Of a DNA stretch of 64,000 nucleotides, positions 32,065-44,023 are shown piece by piece. The stretch is taken from the NCBI GenBank assembly GCA_002269645.1, contig NIVC01001079.1, positions 1-64,000 on the forward strand, read 5' to 3'. Position numbers and translations under genes: made by a program. Numbering within the stretch: position 1 is the first letter of the stretch; the number at the start of each line of letters is the position of its first letter. The notes below the pieces were generated by a model that made no database searches, was not told the DNA's origin, and was given only the letters and a program-made list of their open reading frames with translations. Source of the stretch: Macrostomum lignano (Eukaryota).

Positions 32065-34255
32065 GTCTAAGTGTCTGTCTTAGTGTCTGTCTTAGTGTCT
32101 GCCTTAGTGTCTGTCTTAGTGTCTGTCTTAGTGCCTGTCTTGGTGTCTACCTTAGTGTCTGTCTTAGTGTCTGTCTTAGTGTCTGTCTTAGTGTCTGCCT
32201 TAGTGTCTGTCTCAGTGTCTGCCCAGTGTCTGCCTTAGTGTCTGCCTTAGTGTCTGTCTTAGTGTCTGTCTTAGTGCCTGTCTTGGTGTCTACCTTAGTG
32301 TCTGTCTTAGTGTCTGCCTTAGTGTCTGTCTCAGTGTCTGTCTTAGTGTCTGTCTTAGTGCCTGTCTTGGTGTCTACCTTAGTGTCTGCCTTAGTGTCTG
32401 TCTGTCTCTTTTAGTGTCTGTCTCAGTGTCTGTCTCAGTGTCTGCCCAGTGTCTGTCCTAGTGTCTGCCTTAGTGTCTGTCTCAGTGTCTGTCTTAGTGT
32501 CTGTCTTAGTGTCTGCCTTAGTGTCTGTCTTAGTGTCTGTCTTAGTGCCTGTCTTGGTGTCTACCTTAGTGCCTGTCTGTCTCTTTTAGTGTCTGTCTCT
32601 TTTAGTGTCTGTCTCAGTGTCTGTCTCAGTGTCTGCCCAGTGTCTGCCTTAGTGTCTGGCTTAGTGTCTGTCTCAGTGTCTGTCTTAGTGTCTGTCTTAG
32701 TGTCTGTCTTAGTGTCTGTCTTAGTGTCTGTCTTAGTGCCTGTCTTGGTGTCTACCTTAGTGTCTGCCTTAGTGTCTGTCTGTCTCTTTTAGTGTCTGTC
32801 TCAGTGTCTGTCTCAGTGTCTGCCCAGTGTCTGTCCTAGTGTCTGCCTTAGTGTCTGTCTCAGTGTCTGTCTTAGTGTCTGTCTTAGTGTCTGTCTTAGT
32901 GTCTGTCTTAGTGTCTGTCTTAGTGCCTGTCTTGGTGTCTACCTTAGTGCCTGTCTGTCTCTTTTAGTGTCTGTCTCTTTTAGTGTCTGTCTCAGTGTCT
33001 GTCTCAGTGTCTGCCCAGTGTCTGCCTTAGTGTCTGGCTTAGTGTCTGTCTCAGTGTCTGTCTTAGTGTCTGTCTTAGTGTCTGTCTTAGTGTCTGTCTT
33101 AGTGTCTGTCTTAGTGTCTGCCTTAGTGTCTGTCTCAGTGTCTGTCTTAGTGTCTGTCTTAGTGCCTGTCTTGGTGTCTACCTTAGTGTCTTAGTGTCTG
33201 TCTGTCTCTTTTAGTGTCTGTCTCAGTGTCTGTCTCAGTGTCTGCCCAGTGTCTGTCCTAGTGTCTGCCTTAGTGTCTGTCTCAGTGTCTGTCTTAGTGT
33301 CTGTCTTAGTGTCTGCCTTAGTGTCTGTCTTAGTGTCTGTCTTAGTGCCTGTCTTGGTGTCTACCTTAGTGTCTGTCTGTCTCTTTTAGTGTCTGTCTCT
33401 TTTAGTGTCTGTCTCTTTTAGTGTCTGTCTCAGTGTCTGTCTCAGTGTCTGCCCAGTGTCTGCCTTAGTGTCTGCCTTAGTGTCTGTCTTAGTGTCTGTC
33501 TTAGTGTCTGTCTTAGTGTCTGTCTTAGTGTCTGTCTTAGTGTCTGTCTTAGTGCCTGTCTTGGTGTCTACCTTAGTGTCTGTCTGTCTCTTTTAGTGTC
33601 TGTCTCTTTTAGTGTCTGTCTCTTTTAGTGTCTGTCTCAGTGTCTGTCTCAGTGTCTGCCCAGTGTCTGCCTTAGTGTCTGCCTTAGTGTCTGTCTTAGT
33701 GTCTGTCTTAGTGTCTGTCTTAGTGTCTGTCTTAGTGTCTGTCTTAGTGTCTGTCTTAGTGTCTGTCTTAGTGCCTGTCTTGGTGTCTACCTTAGTGTCT
33801 GTCTGTCTCTTTTAGTGTCTGTCTCTTTTAGTGTCTGTCTCTTTTAGTGTCTGTCTCAGTGTCTGTCTCAGTGTCTGCCCAGTGTCTGCCTTAGTGTCTG
33901 CCTTAGTGTCTGTCTTAGTGTCTGTCTTAGTGTCTGTCTTAGTGTCTGTCTTAGTGTCTGTCTTAGTGTCTGTCTTAGTGCCTGTCTTGGTGTCTACCTT
34001 AGTGTCTGTCTGTCTCTTTTAGTGTCTGTCTCTTTTAGTGTCTGTCTCTTTTAGTGTCTGTCTCTTTTAGTGTCTGTCTCAGTGTCTGTCTTAGTGTCTG
34101 TCTTAGTGTCTGTCTTAGTGTCTGTCTTAGTGGCTGTCTTAGTGTCTGTCTTAGTGTCTGTCTTAGTGGCTGTCTTAGTGTCTGTCTTAGTGTCTGTCTT
34201 AGTGGCTGTCTTAGTGTCTGTCTCGGTGTGTGCCTTAGATAATGTCTTCCTCGTA

Positions 34256-34294
<39 letters not shown>

Positions 34295-34330
34295 GCCTCA
34301 GTGTCTGTCTGTCTGTCTGTCTGTCTTTCC
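32065..34330. repeat. 12-bp satellite (TAGTGTCTGTCT) grading into (TCTG)n
   Basis: 2.2 kb with higher-order blocks. Confidence 0.95.
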
Positions 34331-35069
34331 GTCTGTCAAATGAGCACACCAGGCCCGTCAGCGCGGTACACGGCGGTCACAGCAGCAACCCGAACTCCTG
34401 TACACTCACGTGCATGCCCAACAAAATTGTCTGTGACAAAACCTACGAACTCTTCTTCCTTATTAAAAAAGCAACGCTGCTTTTCTTTTTATAAAAAATT
34501 GACTTGCTCCGAGGCTGTTCGACTGCAACTCGTCACAGCCCTGAGCACCGGCCCATCGCTCATCTCTGTGTGATTATTGCTTTATCGACATCACCCCCCC
34601 CCCGTCATCCACTTACTGCTGGTCATCAGTAGTGTAGCAGTAGTAAGTAGTATATATTATGCAAAATGGCGATTTTCACTGTTGCCATTTCTGAGAAATG
34701 CAAATTATTAATAAATATACTAAAATTTATATTTCTTATTTACTCATTTCGCAGGCCAGTATTTTGCTTAATTATCTGTCATCAATATGAAACCCATTGC
34801 AATGACACTAATTGCCATTGATGTCACAAATAAATAAATAAAATGCTTACTTTTATGATTGCAAATTTCTTCAAATCTAAATGTTTTTTGCTGAACTAGA
34901 AAACTTGTATCTTTTTCTTGATGAATACGAAGCATTTATTTATACCTTTTAATTTTCTGTCTGGCGTCTTGACTAATCTAAGGTGAGTTGTCTTGGCTAA
35001 TTATCTGGTAGCTTCATCAGGAAAACTTTTAATAGATTAATCCAACTTGAGGATTAAAAGGTATTTGGA

Positions 35070-35850
35070 GGGTAAATTGAAGAATCACGGAGGGTAAATT
35101 GAAGAATCACGGAGGGTAAATTGAAGAATCATAGATGGTAAACTAAGAATCACGGAGGGTAAATTGAAGAATCATGGAGGGTAAATTGAAGAATCATGGA
35201 GGGTAAATTGAAGAATCATGGAGGGTAAATTGAAGAATCACGGAGGGTAAGTCAAAGAGTCACGGAGGGTCAACTGAAGAATCACGGAGGGTAAATTGAA
35301 GAATCACGGAGGGTAAACTGAAGAATCATAGATGGTAAACTAAGAATTACGGAGGGTAAATTGAAGAATCATGGAGGGTAAATTGAAGAGTCACAGAGGG
35401 TCAACTGAAGAATCACTGAGAGTGAATTGAGAATCATAGATGGTTCAACTAAGAATCACGGAGGTTAAATTGAAGAATCATAGAGGGTAAACTGAAGAAT
35501 CACGGAGGTTAAATTGAAGAATCACACGGAGGGTAAGTCAAAGAGTCACGGAGGGTCAACTGAAGAATCACGGAGGGTAAATTGAGAATCATAGATGGTT
35601 CAACTAAGAATCATGGAGGGTAAATTGAAGAATCATAGAGGGTAAACTGAAGAATCACGGAGGTTAAATTGAAGAATCACACGGAGGGTAAGTCAAAGAG
35701 TCACGGAGGGTCAACTGAAGAATCACGGAGGGTAAATTGAGAATCATAGATGGTTCAACTAAGAATCACGGAAGGTAAATTGAAGGATCACGGAGGATAA
35801 ATCGAAGAATCACGGAGGGTACATTTAGAATCACGGAGGGTAATTTGAAG
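35070..35850. repeat. 22-bp minisatellite (GAGGGTAAATTGAAGAATCACG)
   Basis: About 35 units. Confidence 0.92.
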
Positions 35851-35981
35851 AACGGAGCGACTGAGGGTAGGCCCTAAGATTACAGCACGGGGGTTAGACA
35901 AAAGTTACAAGACAGCAACTCTGAGTCACTTATAAGTTTTCCTAGCAGGCCCAAGACCATTGTTCACAAGTTCGCAAGCGG

Positions 35982-37487
35982 TCAGCAGATGGTCTCGCAC
36001 ACGTTGCTGTCAACCAGATCTTGGTGCACCAGAACGGAGACCATCCTGTTCAAGTCAGCATCTTCGCCGACCCCGCCGCTGCCGCTCGGCTCTACAATGG
36101 TGTGTTTGCCACGGCCGCAGATGGCGCTGTTGTTCCTGAAACGGACCATCTCGTCGGCGGTTCCGACCGCGCCAGCTTGAAGTTGTCGGCGAAGACGCCG
36201 CAGGCGCATTCGCTGCTGGCGACGCTGAATCGGGCCGCCGTAGGAGAGCGACGGACTGGCGCCGGCGGTCTCGTCAGCCGAGCCGCCGTCGTTGTTGGCT
36301 GCGACGGCGGCAGCAGCGTCGGCAGCGTTGGCTGCGGCGCTGATGCGGGCGGCAACTGCGGGACAAAAAGTTTTCAAGAAACAGCGTCGAAAAGCGCGAT
36401 TAAAGCCGACGTAGAGAAAGAAGTTGAGCGCAGAGTTCAGGCTGAGCATCAAGTCGCTGATCTCGCGGACGCCCCGGCGAAAATTGCTGGCCGTCTCGAC
36501 GTAGCCCCAGCCAAGCAGGGACAGCAGGGCGTCGGGCAGGCTGAACACGATGGCGCAGAGGATCACCACGGCCAGCATGAGGGTCACGCGGTTGCGGGTG
36601 GCCAGCCGCTTGTTGGCCCGAGTGGCTCTGACGGCCATGGTGATTCGCACGTTCAGGCAGAACAAAATCAGTAGCGGCAGAGGCGACCGCACGAGGCTCT
36701 GGGCTTTGGCATAGATATTGGAATACGGAAAATTGGTCCAAAGTTTGCTTGGCATCGGCCACGGTGTGCAGTTAGTGCTAGTAGAATTGCTTTCGGGCCA
36801 TGTATAATTGTCACGCAGAGAGCGCGTGATTTTGCTGCTAAAAATAGCATCTTCTGTAGGGATCGATGAACTGACGTCACTGTTAGGTCGCGCGGAGCTA
36901 TAAATAGCAACATCCGAAGTGACATCATGGCTAGTGATGTTTTTAAAAATAGCATCATCGGGTGCCGTTGCCGGCTGTTTGCAAACGGTCTCGTAGCGCA
37001 GCAAGTAGGGCCAGGTGATGATCAGCACCAGCAGGAAGGTGACCAGAGACGCTTTCCGGGCTTTGGCTACGGTGAGCGAGTAGCGACTCCAGCCCGGTTG
37101 AGTCACCATCAGGCAGCGTTCGACGGCCACGGCCACGGTGAGCCAGGCAGCGCAGCCTGAGGCGTACTGCGACAAGAAGAATGAGTAGGGATACAGCCAG
37201 GCAAATAGACGGTGGCCGGGCATCAGGCTGGCCGGGAAGTAGAGAAAATCGTTGCCAAGTTTGAGCAGGTCCGCCCCGGCTAGGCCGGTCAGGTAGGCGT
37301 TGGTGCTGCTGCAGCGGAGGGCCCGGCGGCTGAACACCGCGACGCACAGGACGCTGCCAACGCAGCCGAGAATGGACACAAAGGGACAGAGCAGGACGCC
37401 GGTGACAAACTGGGCTCGCTGGAAGAATTCCTCGGCAGAGGCGTCAGAGGCGTCGGCCTCGGAATCACTCAGACTCTGCAGGGACAT
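35982..37487 (-). CDS. Intronless class A (rhodopsin-type) peptide GPCR, FMRFamide-receptor-like
   Basis: Seven hydrophobic helices; STNAYLTGLAGADLL (TM2), AVERC (DRY variant), FSLP (TM6), LNSALNFFLY (TM7), FRRCF (helix 8); first in-frame ATG at 37487. Confidence 0.9.
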   Translation of the reverse strand: MSLQSLSDSEADASDASAEEFFQRAQFVTGVLLCPFVSILGCVGSVLCVAVFSRRALRCSSTNAYLTGLAGADLLKLGNDFLYFPASLMPGHRLFAWLYPYSFFLSQYASGCAAWLTVAVAVERCLMVTQPGWSRYSLTVAKARKASLVTFLLVLIITWPYLLRYETVCKQPATAPDDAIFKNITSHDVTSDVAIYSSARPNSDVSSSIPTEDAIFSSKITRSLRDNYTWPESNSTSTNCTPWPMPSKLWTNFPYSNIYAKAQSLVRSPLPLLILFCLNVRITMAVRATRANKRLATRNRVTLMLAVVILCAIVFSLPDALLSLLGWGYVETASNFRRGVREISDLMLSLNSALNFFLYVGFNRAFRRCFLKTFCPAVAARISAAANAADAAAAVAANNDGGSADETAGASPSLSYGGPIQRRQQRMRLRRLRRQLQAGAVGTADEMVRFRNNSAICGRGKHTIVEPSGSGGVGEDADLNRMVSVLVHQDLVDSNVCETIC

Positions 37488-37774
37488 GCCGCAGTTTGGG
37501 GACAATCGAGATGAACAAGGTGTAGCAAATTTGGCTTATTATTAGCACCTGAGGCGGGCTGCTCGAGGACTCAAAGCGGAACCTCATTCGACTGAGGAAG
37601 AATTAATTTCCTTACCCAATGGGAGCAATGCAGTTGAAAATCTTTCAAAAATGCATGAAGCCATGCGTGAATTAATAACAGAAACTCGAAAGTGGCACTC
37701 AGACTTTCCTAGCGGTTTTTTATAGCTTTTCCATCGAGTATTCGGTTAGTGTTGCATGGACATACCCTCAGGGT

Positions 37775-38205
37775 TCAGGAAAGCCGTAATTATCCCTCAG
37801 GGTCCTTCAGGAAGCCGTACTCATCCCTTCAGGGTCCTTCAGATAGCTGTACTTATCCCCTCATCCCCTCAGGGTCCTTCATGTGACCGAACTTATCCCT
37901 CAGGGTACCTCATGTGGCCGAACTTATCCCGTCAGGGTCCATCAGGAAGCCGTACTTATTCCCTAAGGGTTCTTCTGGAAAGCCGTAATTATCTCCTCAG
38001 GGTCCTACAGGAAAGCCGTAATTATCCCCTCAGGGTCCTGGAAAGCCGTAATTATCCCCTCAGGGTCTTACAGAAAAGCCATAATTATCCCCTCAGGTCC
38101 TTCATGTGGTCGAACTTATCCCCTCAGGGTCCTTCAGGAAAGCCGTAATTATCCCCTCAGGGTCCTTCAGGAAAGCCGTAATTATCCACTCAGGGTCCTT
38201 CAGGT
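37775..38205. repeat. ~32-bp minisatellite (GGAAAGCCGTAATTATCCCCTCAGGGTCCTTCA)
   Basis: About 13 units upstream of the GPCR. Confidence 0.88.
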
Positions 38206-38854
38206 GGCCGCTGAGCTGATTGAGGGCTAAGTCAATATTTTCGAAAATCACGCGACTCCTTCGAAGTTCGAATCCGGTTCTCGAGGCCTTTTGTAAATAT
38301 TTTGCCACACTGAGCTGTACAACTGAGGTCATCACAGCCGCTGACGGCGCAGAGGTTCGCTTCCCGTTTAAAATGGGAAACGCATCCTGTCACACTGATG
38401 GAAAAAATGTGAATTCTAGGGAAAAAACTGTTTCCTGTAAAAATTGAGGAAATCGAAACACTCTTGGACAGGGAAAATTTAATTAAAAAATTATAGCGAA
38501 TTTGGCTTTAACGACGGAACATTCGGCCCACGCGGACCAACCCAGGGCAGTTCGTTCGCAAAAAATGCTTGGCAAATGGCAAGATTATTGATAATTGACA
38601 AACTTCGGTGTCCACACCGGATACGAGTGTGATTGAAATAGAAGCCAAGTTCATAATTTATGCTCCCGGAAAGTTGGAATAAAAACCCGATCCCCCAGTA
38701 GCACGCTGTGAAAATCGAACTATGTTTTTTTTGTACTGAAAAGAACTCTGGTTAAATCAGTTCCATTTGAATCTGTCAGTCCCGCTTCTTCCGTAGTAAC
38801 AGCGTTTCTTTACTGCTTTGCTTGTTTCGTTACAAACCTTTTATCTCAAGTTGC

Positions 38855-39454
38855 CGGCTGTCTGTCTGTCTTTCTGCCTTTGTCTGTCTGTCCGTCTATC
38901 TGTCTGTCTGTCTGTCTTTCTGCCTTTGTGTCTGTCTGTCTGGCCTTCTGCCTTTGTCTGTCTGTCCGTCTATCTGTCTGTCTTTCTGCCTTTGTGTCTG
39001 TCTGTCTGGCCTTCTGCCTTTGTCTGTCTGTCCGTCTATCTGTCTGTCTTTCTGCCTTTGTGTCTGTCTGTCTGGCCTTCTGCCTTTGTCTGTCTGTCCG
39101 TCTATCTGTCTGTCTGTCTGTCTTTCTGCCTTTGTGTCTGTCTGTCTGGCCTTCTGCCTTTGTGTCTGTCTGTCTGTCTGTCCTTCTGCCTTTGTGTCTG
39201 TCTGTGTGTCTGTCTGTCTATCTGTCTGCCCTTCTGCCTTTGTGTCTGTCTGTCTGTGTGTCCTTCTGCCTTTGTGTCTGTCTGTCTGTCTGTCTATCTG
39301 TCTGCCCTTCTGCCTTTGTGTCTGTCTGTCTGTGTGTCCTTCTGCCTTTGTGTCTGTCTGTCTGTCTGTCTATCTGTCTGCCCTTCTGCCTTTGTGTCTG
39401 TCTGTCTGTCTGTCCTTCTGCCTTTGTGTCTGTCTGTCTGTCGGTCTGACTTAG

Positions 39455-39497
<43 letters not shown>

Positions 39498-39500
39498 TTT
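38855..39500. repeat. (TCTG)n-based compound satellite
   Basis: Directly visible. Confidence 0.93.
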
Positions 39501-40020
39501 AGTTTCTGTCTTTCTGTCATCTACCTACATGTATCCATCACCATTTGCACCATCTAGCATCTATGGCCCAATTTTTTTCCCAAGATATTTTAGGCAGCGC
39601 ACACTTCCACAAAGTAACAAATTGAAACACAAGACATCACATATTTTAGCGACATGATAATTTATAATTTTAATGCTACAAATGAAAGCAAATTGAGACT
39701 GACAGTGTATTTATATTATAATGAAACGGCGAACAGCACCAACAGTTTAATAAATAATTATTACGGGACAAAAGTACGAGTACACGCTAAACAGAACTGC
39801 AATTTACAAATATGAATTAGCAACATGTTACAGGAAATATTTGCAGAAGAAATTTCAAATCCAATGAAATGCTTACTTACAAGAAATTGCCGTTAAGAGA
39901 ATTAACTAAGGAGCCGTCAAGGGCCGCTCCAACGGCTCTGAACAGCGAATGAAAAAAATTGTCAGCAAATTTTTGTCCAAACAAAAACAACAGCAACAAA
40001 CACGCACAGGGAGCAACTTG

Positions 40021-42552
40021 TCAGAGGCGCCGTTTCTTAGAAACCGGCTGACCGCCAGCTGCACCCGAGGACGTCCTGCTGCCTGACGCTGAAGGCCCCG
40101 GTCCTGGCTGATCATCCGTGGTGACGGCCGAACTGCTGCTGTGGCTGGCGGTTCTGCGGCGTTGAAACTGCGACAGGTCGTCAGCTGTGGGGGCGACATC
40201 GCCAGCGGAGCCGTGAGACTGCGAATGCTGCAGCTGTACGACATGGTGATGTTGCTGCTGCAGCTGGTGAAGCTGCTGATGCTGCAGCTGCTCGCTGCGT
40301 CTGGCGTGGTGATGGCGCAACGCTTTGGCCAGATGCGACTGGCTGGCTGAGTCGCCCGCCTCGCTGCCGCCTTCGCCTGGTAGGTAGGTAGGTAGGAATG
40401 CAAGTAGGTAAGTAGGTAGGAAGGTAGGAAGGCAGGTAAGTAGGAAGGTAAGTAGGTAGGTAGGTAGGTAATTAGGTAGTAGATAGGTAAGTAAGTAGGT
40501 ACGTAAGTAGACAGGTAGTTAGGTAGGTAGACAGGTAATTAGGTAGGTACGCAAGTAGATGGGTAGGTAGTTAGGTAGGAAGTAGACAGGTAAGTAGGCA
40601 CGTTAGTAGATAGGTAGGCAGTTAGGTAGGGAACTCCAACAAACCCAGTCCCAGGTCGCCGCCTCCGTCGCTGCCGCCGGCGCCGCCGCCGATGCCGACG
40701 CCTCCGCCAGCCGACAGGCCGCCATCGATCCGGCCGAGCATCTCGTCAACGCTGACGCAGGTGTCCGCCCAGATCTCCAGCGCCATGGAGTGCACAGGCT
40801 GATCGGCATTGTTGTACATCACCGCATTGAAAAATATCAAGTACAGCCGGCTGAGGAACTGCCTGGTGCTGGTCACCTCGCCGGCATCGACTTGGCGCTT
40901 CAACGTGGTCAGGTCCATCGGGCGGAGCACCACCTTGTTGTAGCCAGGCGCGATGTCGTCGGTGACTGGGTGAAGAAACACGGATCCGTGCTTGTGGCTC
41001 ATGGCGGTGCGAAGGACGGAGAGAATCTGATAGGATTTAGGCGGATTAGTAGGCAATTATTATCCGACATCCAGCGCTGACGGCAACTCAGACCATACCT
41101 TTGACTCCTGAGCACATACTGGGGCCCTAATTACTCTAGAATCCCCATAATCCACTCTAAAATCCCCATAATCCACTCTAAAATCCCCATAATCCACTCT
41201 AAAATCCCCATAATCCACTCTAAAATCCCCATAATCCACTCTAAAATCCCCATAATCCACTCTAGAATCCCCCTAATCACCCTAAAATCGTCCTAATCCA
41301 CTCTAGAACCCCCCCAATCACTCCAGAATCCCCCTAATCACTCTAGACTACCCCTCATGACTCTAGAATCCCCTAATCACTTTAGAATCCCCCCAATCAC
41401 TCTAGAATCTCCCTAATACACCCCAGAACCCCCCTAATCACTCTAGACTCCCCCTTATCACTCTAGAATCCCGCTAATCACTCCAGAATCCCCCTAATCC
41501 ACTCTACAATCCCCTAATCACTTTAGAATCCTCTCATCCACTCTCTAGAACCCCCTAATCCGTATGAAACTCCAACAGACCTGCTTTCGCCAGTGTTTGA
41601 CAGCCTTAGCATCGCTGGGTTCCGGCGAGTCAACAAACTCTTTGCCAACAGCAGCAGCAGGAACAGCGGGAGGAGCCGCAGAGGGTGCAGCAGTACCGGA
41701 GGCTGCACTAACGGCTGGAGTTGTCGAAGCTTTCGTTTCAACCGCCTGCAACGCCGCCGCTCCACCGGAGCTGTCAGCAATCGCAGCAGCAGCAGCGGCG
41801 GCAGCGGGCACCAGCGTCGACATCATCGACACCGACGAAGCGTTCAACGATGCCGACAGCGAATCGGGCGCCGATTCGTCCATACCGATGTCGGATTTTC
41901 GACTCGACAGTTCGTGGAAACCGCTGCCGGCCAATGGCGAGATTGGCTGATCTTCTTCTTGCTGCTGCTGCTGCGGCGGCGGCGGCTCGACCGACTTCCT
42001 CGGCCGGCCCCGACGACCACCGCTTGCGGTTGATGTCGCCGACGGGGTGGCGGCCAGATCAGCCAGTTCGGCGTCGCTGACAACAAAAAGTCCGCCGCTG
42101 ACGCGCCTCTGAACCGGGGCGGCGGCGGCGGCGGCTGCCTCGGACGCGGCGGCCAGTCTGTACCGCTCGGCTACTGAGTCGATGAGCTGTCGCAGCTGAA
42201 CAACTCGCTCCCGGCTGAGTCGCTGCACCAATGACTTGGCGGCGGCGTCGTCATCGTCCTCGGTCACGTGACTCAGCTCGTCAACGAGCTCGGCGTAGCG
42301 CTTGGCGCAGGCTCTGGCGCTGGGCTGGCCGCCCTGGCACTCAGCCAGCGGAGCCACCAGACGGGCCACGGAGGTCCAGGCTCGATCCCCGACCCGATCG
42401 ACCGCGCTGGCCAAGGCGAGGTCTTCTCGGCGAGTCCAGCGCCGATCTTGGTCATTGTCGGTATCGTTGTCTTGCTCGACAACTGTGTCGGGAGTTTTCA
42501 AAGACGGCGCAGAGGCGACTTCGGCGGCAGCGCTGATTGCTTCTGTTGCCAT
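40021..42552 (-). CDS. BRD8: Bromodomain-containing protein 8 (NuA4/TIP60 subunit), 3 coding exons, ~569 aa
   Basis: Exons 42552-41581, 41026-40645, 40376-40021 with compatible phases; N-terminal WTRREDLALASAV..GDRAWTSVAR (BRD8 SANT-like); bromodomain VFLHPVTDDIAPGY...PMDL...NAVMYN. Confidence 0.9.
40380..40630. repeat. (GGTA)n microsatellite filling BRD8 intron 2
   Basis: Directly visible. Confidence 0.9.
41130..41560. repeat. ~21-bp minisatellite in BRD8 intron 1 (TAGAATCCCCCTAATCACTC)
   Basis: About 20 units. Confidence 0.9.
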
Positions 42553-42629
42553 GGCAATGCTGTCGATAAACAATCGCAGAATAATGTATGGAGCAGTTTT
42601 ATTTCAGGTTGAAATGTATTAAAACAGAA

Positions 42630-42990
42630 TTTCTACCATGGCAACCGCTTTTAAAACCAACTATAACAAATGGGTTGCTATGGCAACCGCTTTTAAAACC
42701 AACTATAACAAATGGGTTGCTATGGCAACCGCTTTTAAAACCGACTATAACAAATGGGTTGCTATGGCAACCGCTTTTAAAACCAACTATAACAAATGGG
42801 TTGCAATGACAACCGCCTTTAAAACCAACTCTAACAAATGGGTTGCTATGGCAACCGCTTTTAAAACCAACTATAACAAATGGGTTGCAATGACAACCGC
42901 TTTTAATTTTAAAGCCAACTATAACAAATGGGTTGCCATGACAACCGCCTTTAAAACCAACTCTAATAAATGGGTTACTATGGTAACGGA
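42630..42990. repeat. 42-bp tandem repeat, each unit containing an RFX X-box
   Basis: GTTGCTATGGCAAC at 42674, 42716, 42758, 42842, plus variants. Confidence 0.9.
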
Positions 42991-43579
42991 TTAAATAGTA
43001 AAATTAAAAATAGTTTTTTTTCACTCACTGTAACTAATAGTTGTTGCTATAGCAACAAAAATAACAACAAAAAGTTAAGATATCGACTCAATTCGGCTTT
43101 TAGTCTACAAAATGGTTACCATAACAACCATATTTTTCAAATAGAAAGCTTTCTATTCTATTCTGATAGACTAGTCTATCACACCCAGCTACAAAATAAA
43201 TTATAAGGCAAGACAGTCATTAAAGCAACCAACAAAAGCGTTTTTATTAATCAGAAAACTTCCCAAAGTCCGCCTGTCGAACAGCACAAAATATTATATC
43301 GTTCTGGAACAGCTCGTCAAATTAATTATTAACACGCAGAGCAAAGACCCCCCCCCCCAGCAACAACAAGTCAATATTTTATATGGAGACAAAAATGCCT
43401 ATTTCAGTTCACAATGGTCACAGCGTTGCGGTACACACAGAAATCTAAGGAATAGAGCAATTGACTGATTCGAGCTCCTATCATAATATTAGTGCTCACA
43501 TATCGAATGGAAACTCAAATTGATATCACCAGTTTATTAACTTTTTGCTAAGTACAAGGACAGAAAATAGGAGGGGGAT

Positions 43580-43790
43580 GGAAGTAGGGAAGAAAGAAAA
43601 GGGATCAGAAGTAGGGAGGGAAGAAAAGGGATAAGAAGTAGGTAGGGAAGAAGAGATGAGAAGTAGGGAGGGAAGAGGAGATGAGAAGTAGGGAGGGAAG
43701 AAGAGATGAGAAGTAGGGAGGGAAGAAGAGATGAGAAGTAGGGAGGGAATAAGAGATGAGAAGTAGGGATGGAAGATAGGAGATGGGAAT
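43580..43790. repeat. ~25-bp purine-rich repeat
   Basis: agaagagatgagaagtagggaggga units. Confidence 0.85.
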
Positions 43791-43945
43791 AAGAGACAAG
43801 AATTAGGGGGAAAATGGGAAAATTATTAAACGTAGCCCAAACCCACAACAAACAGAAAGTATTTCGCAGAAATACCCTGTCGATATTACTTTCAACACCG
43901 TCATTCATACTACTTATCGAGACAGACTCAAAAATAAACAACAAT

Positions 43946-44008
43946 CGGGTAAACGGCGCGAGTAACTATCACTTTTGTAAGCCTAGTCCGGTGCCTCGCC
44001 AGCTAATT
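43946..44008 (+). repeat. Degenerate 28S rRNA helix-69/70 fragment, copy 1 (antisense in the ABCF1 3'UTR)
   Basis: cgggtaaacggcgcgagtaactatcact...gtgcctcgccagctaatt versus eukaryotic LSU CGGGTAAACGGCGGGAGTAACTATGACTCTCTTAAGGTAGCCAAATGCCTCGTCATCTAATT. Confidence 0.75.
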
Positions 44009-44023
44009 TACTGCATACAAGTC

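Noticed and set aside
31893-34573. Hydrophobic (VSVL)n ORFs
   Set aside because: 12-bp satellite; no protein features.
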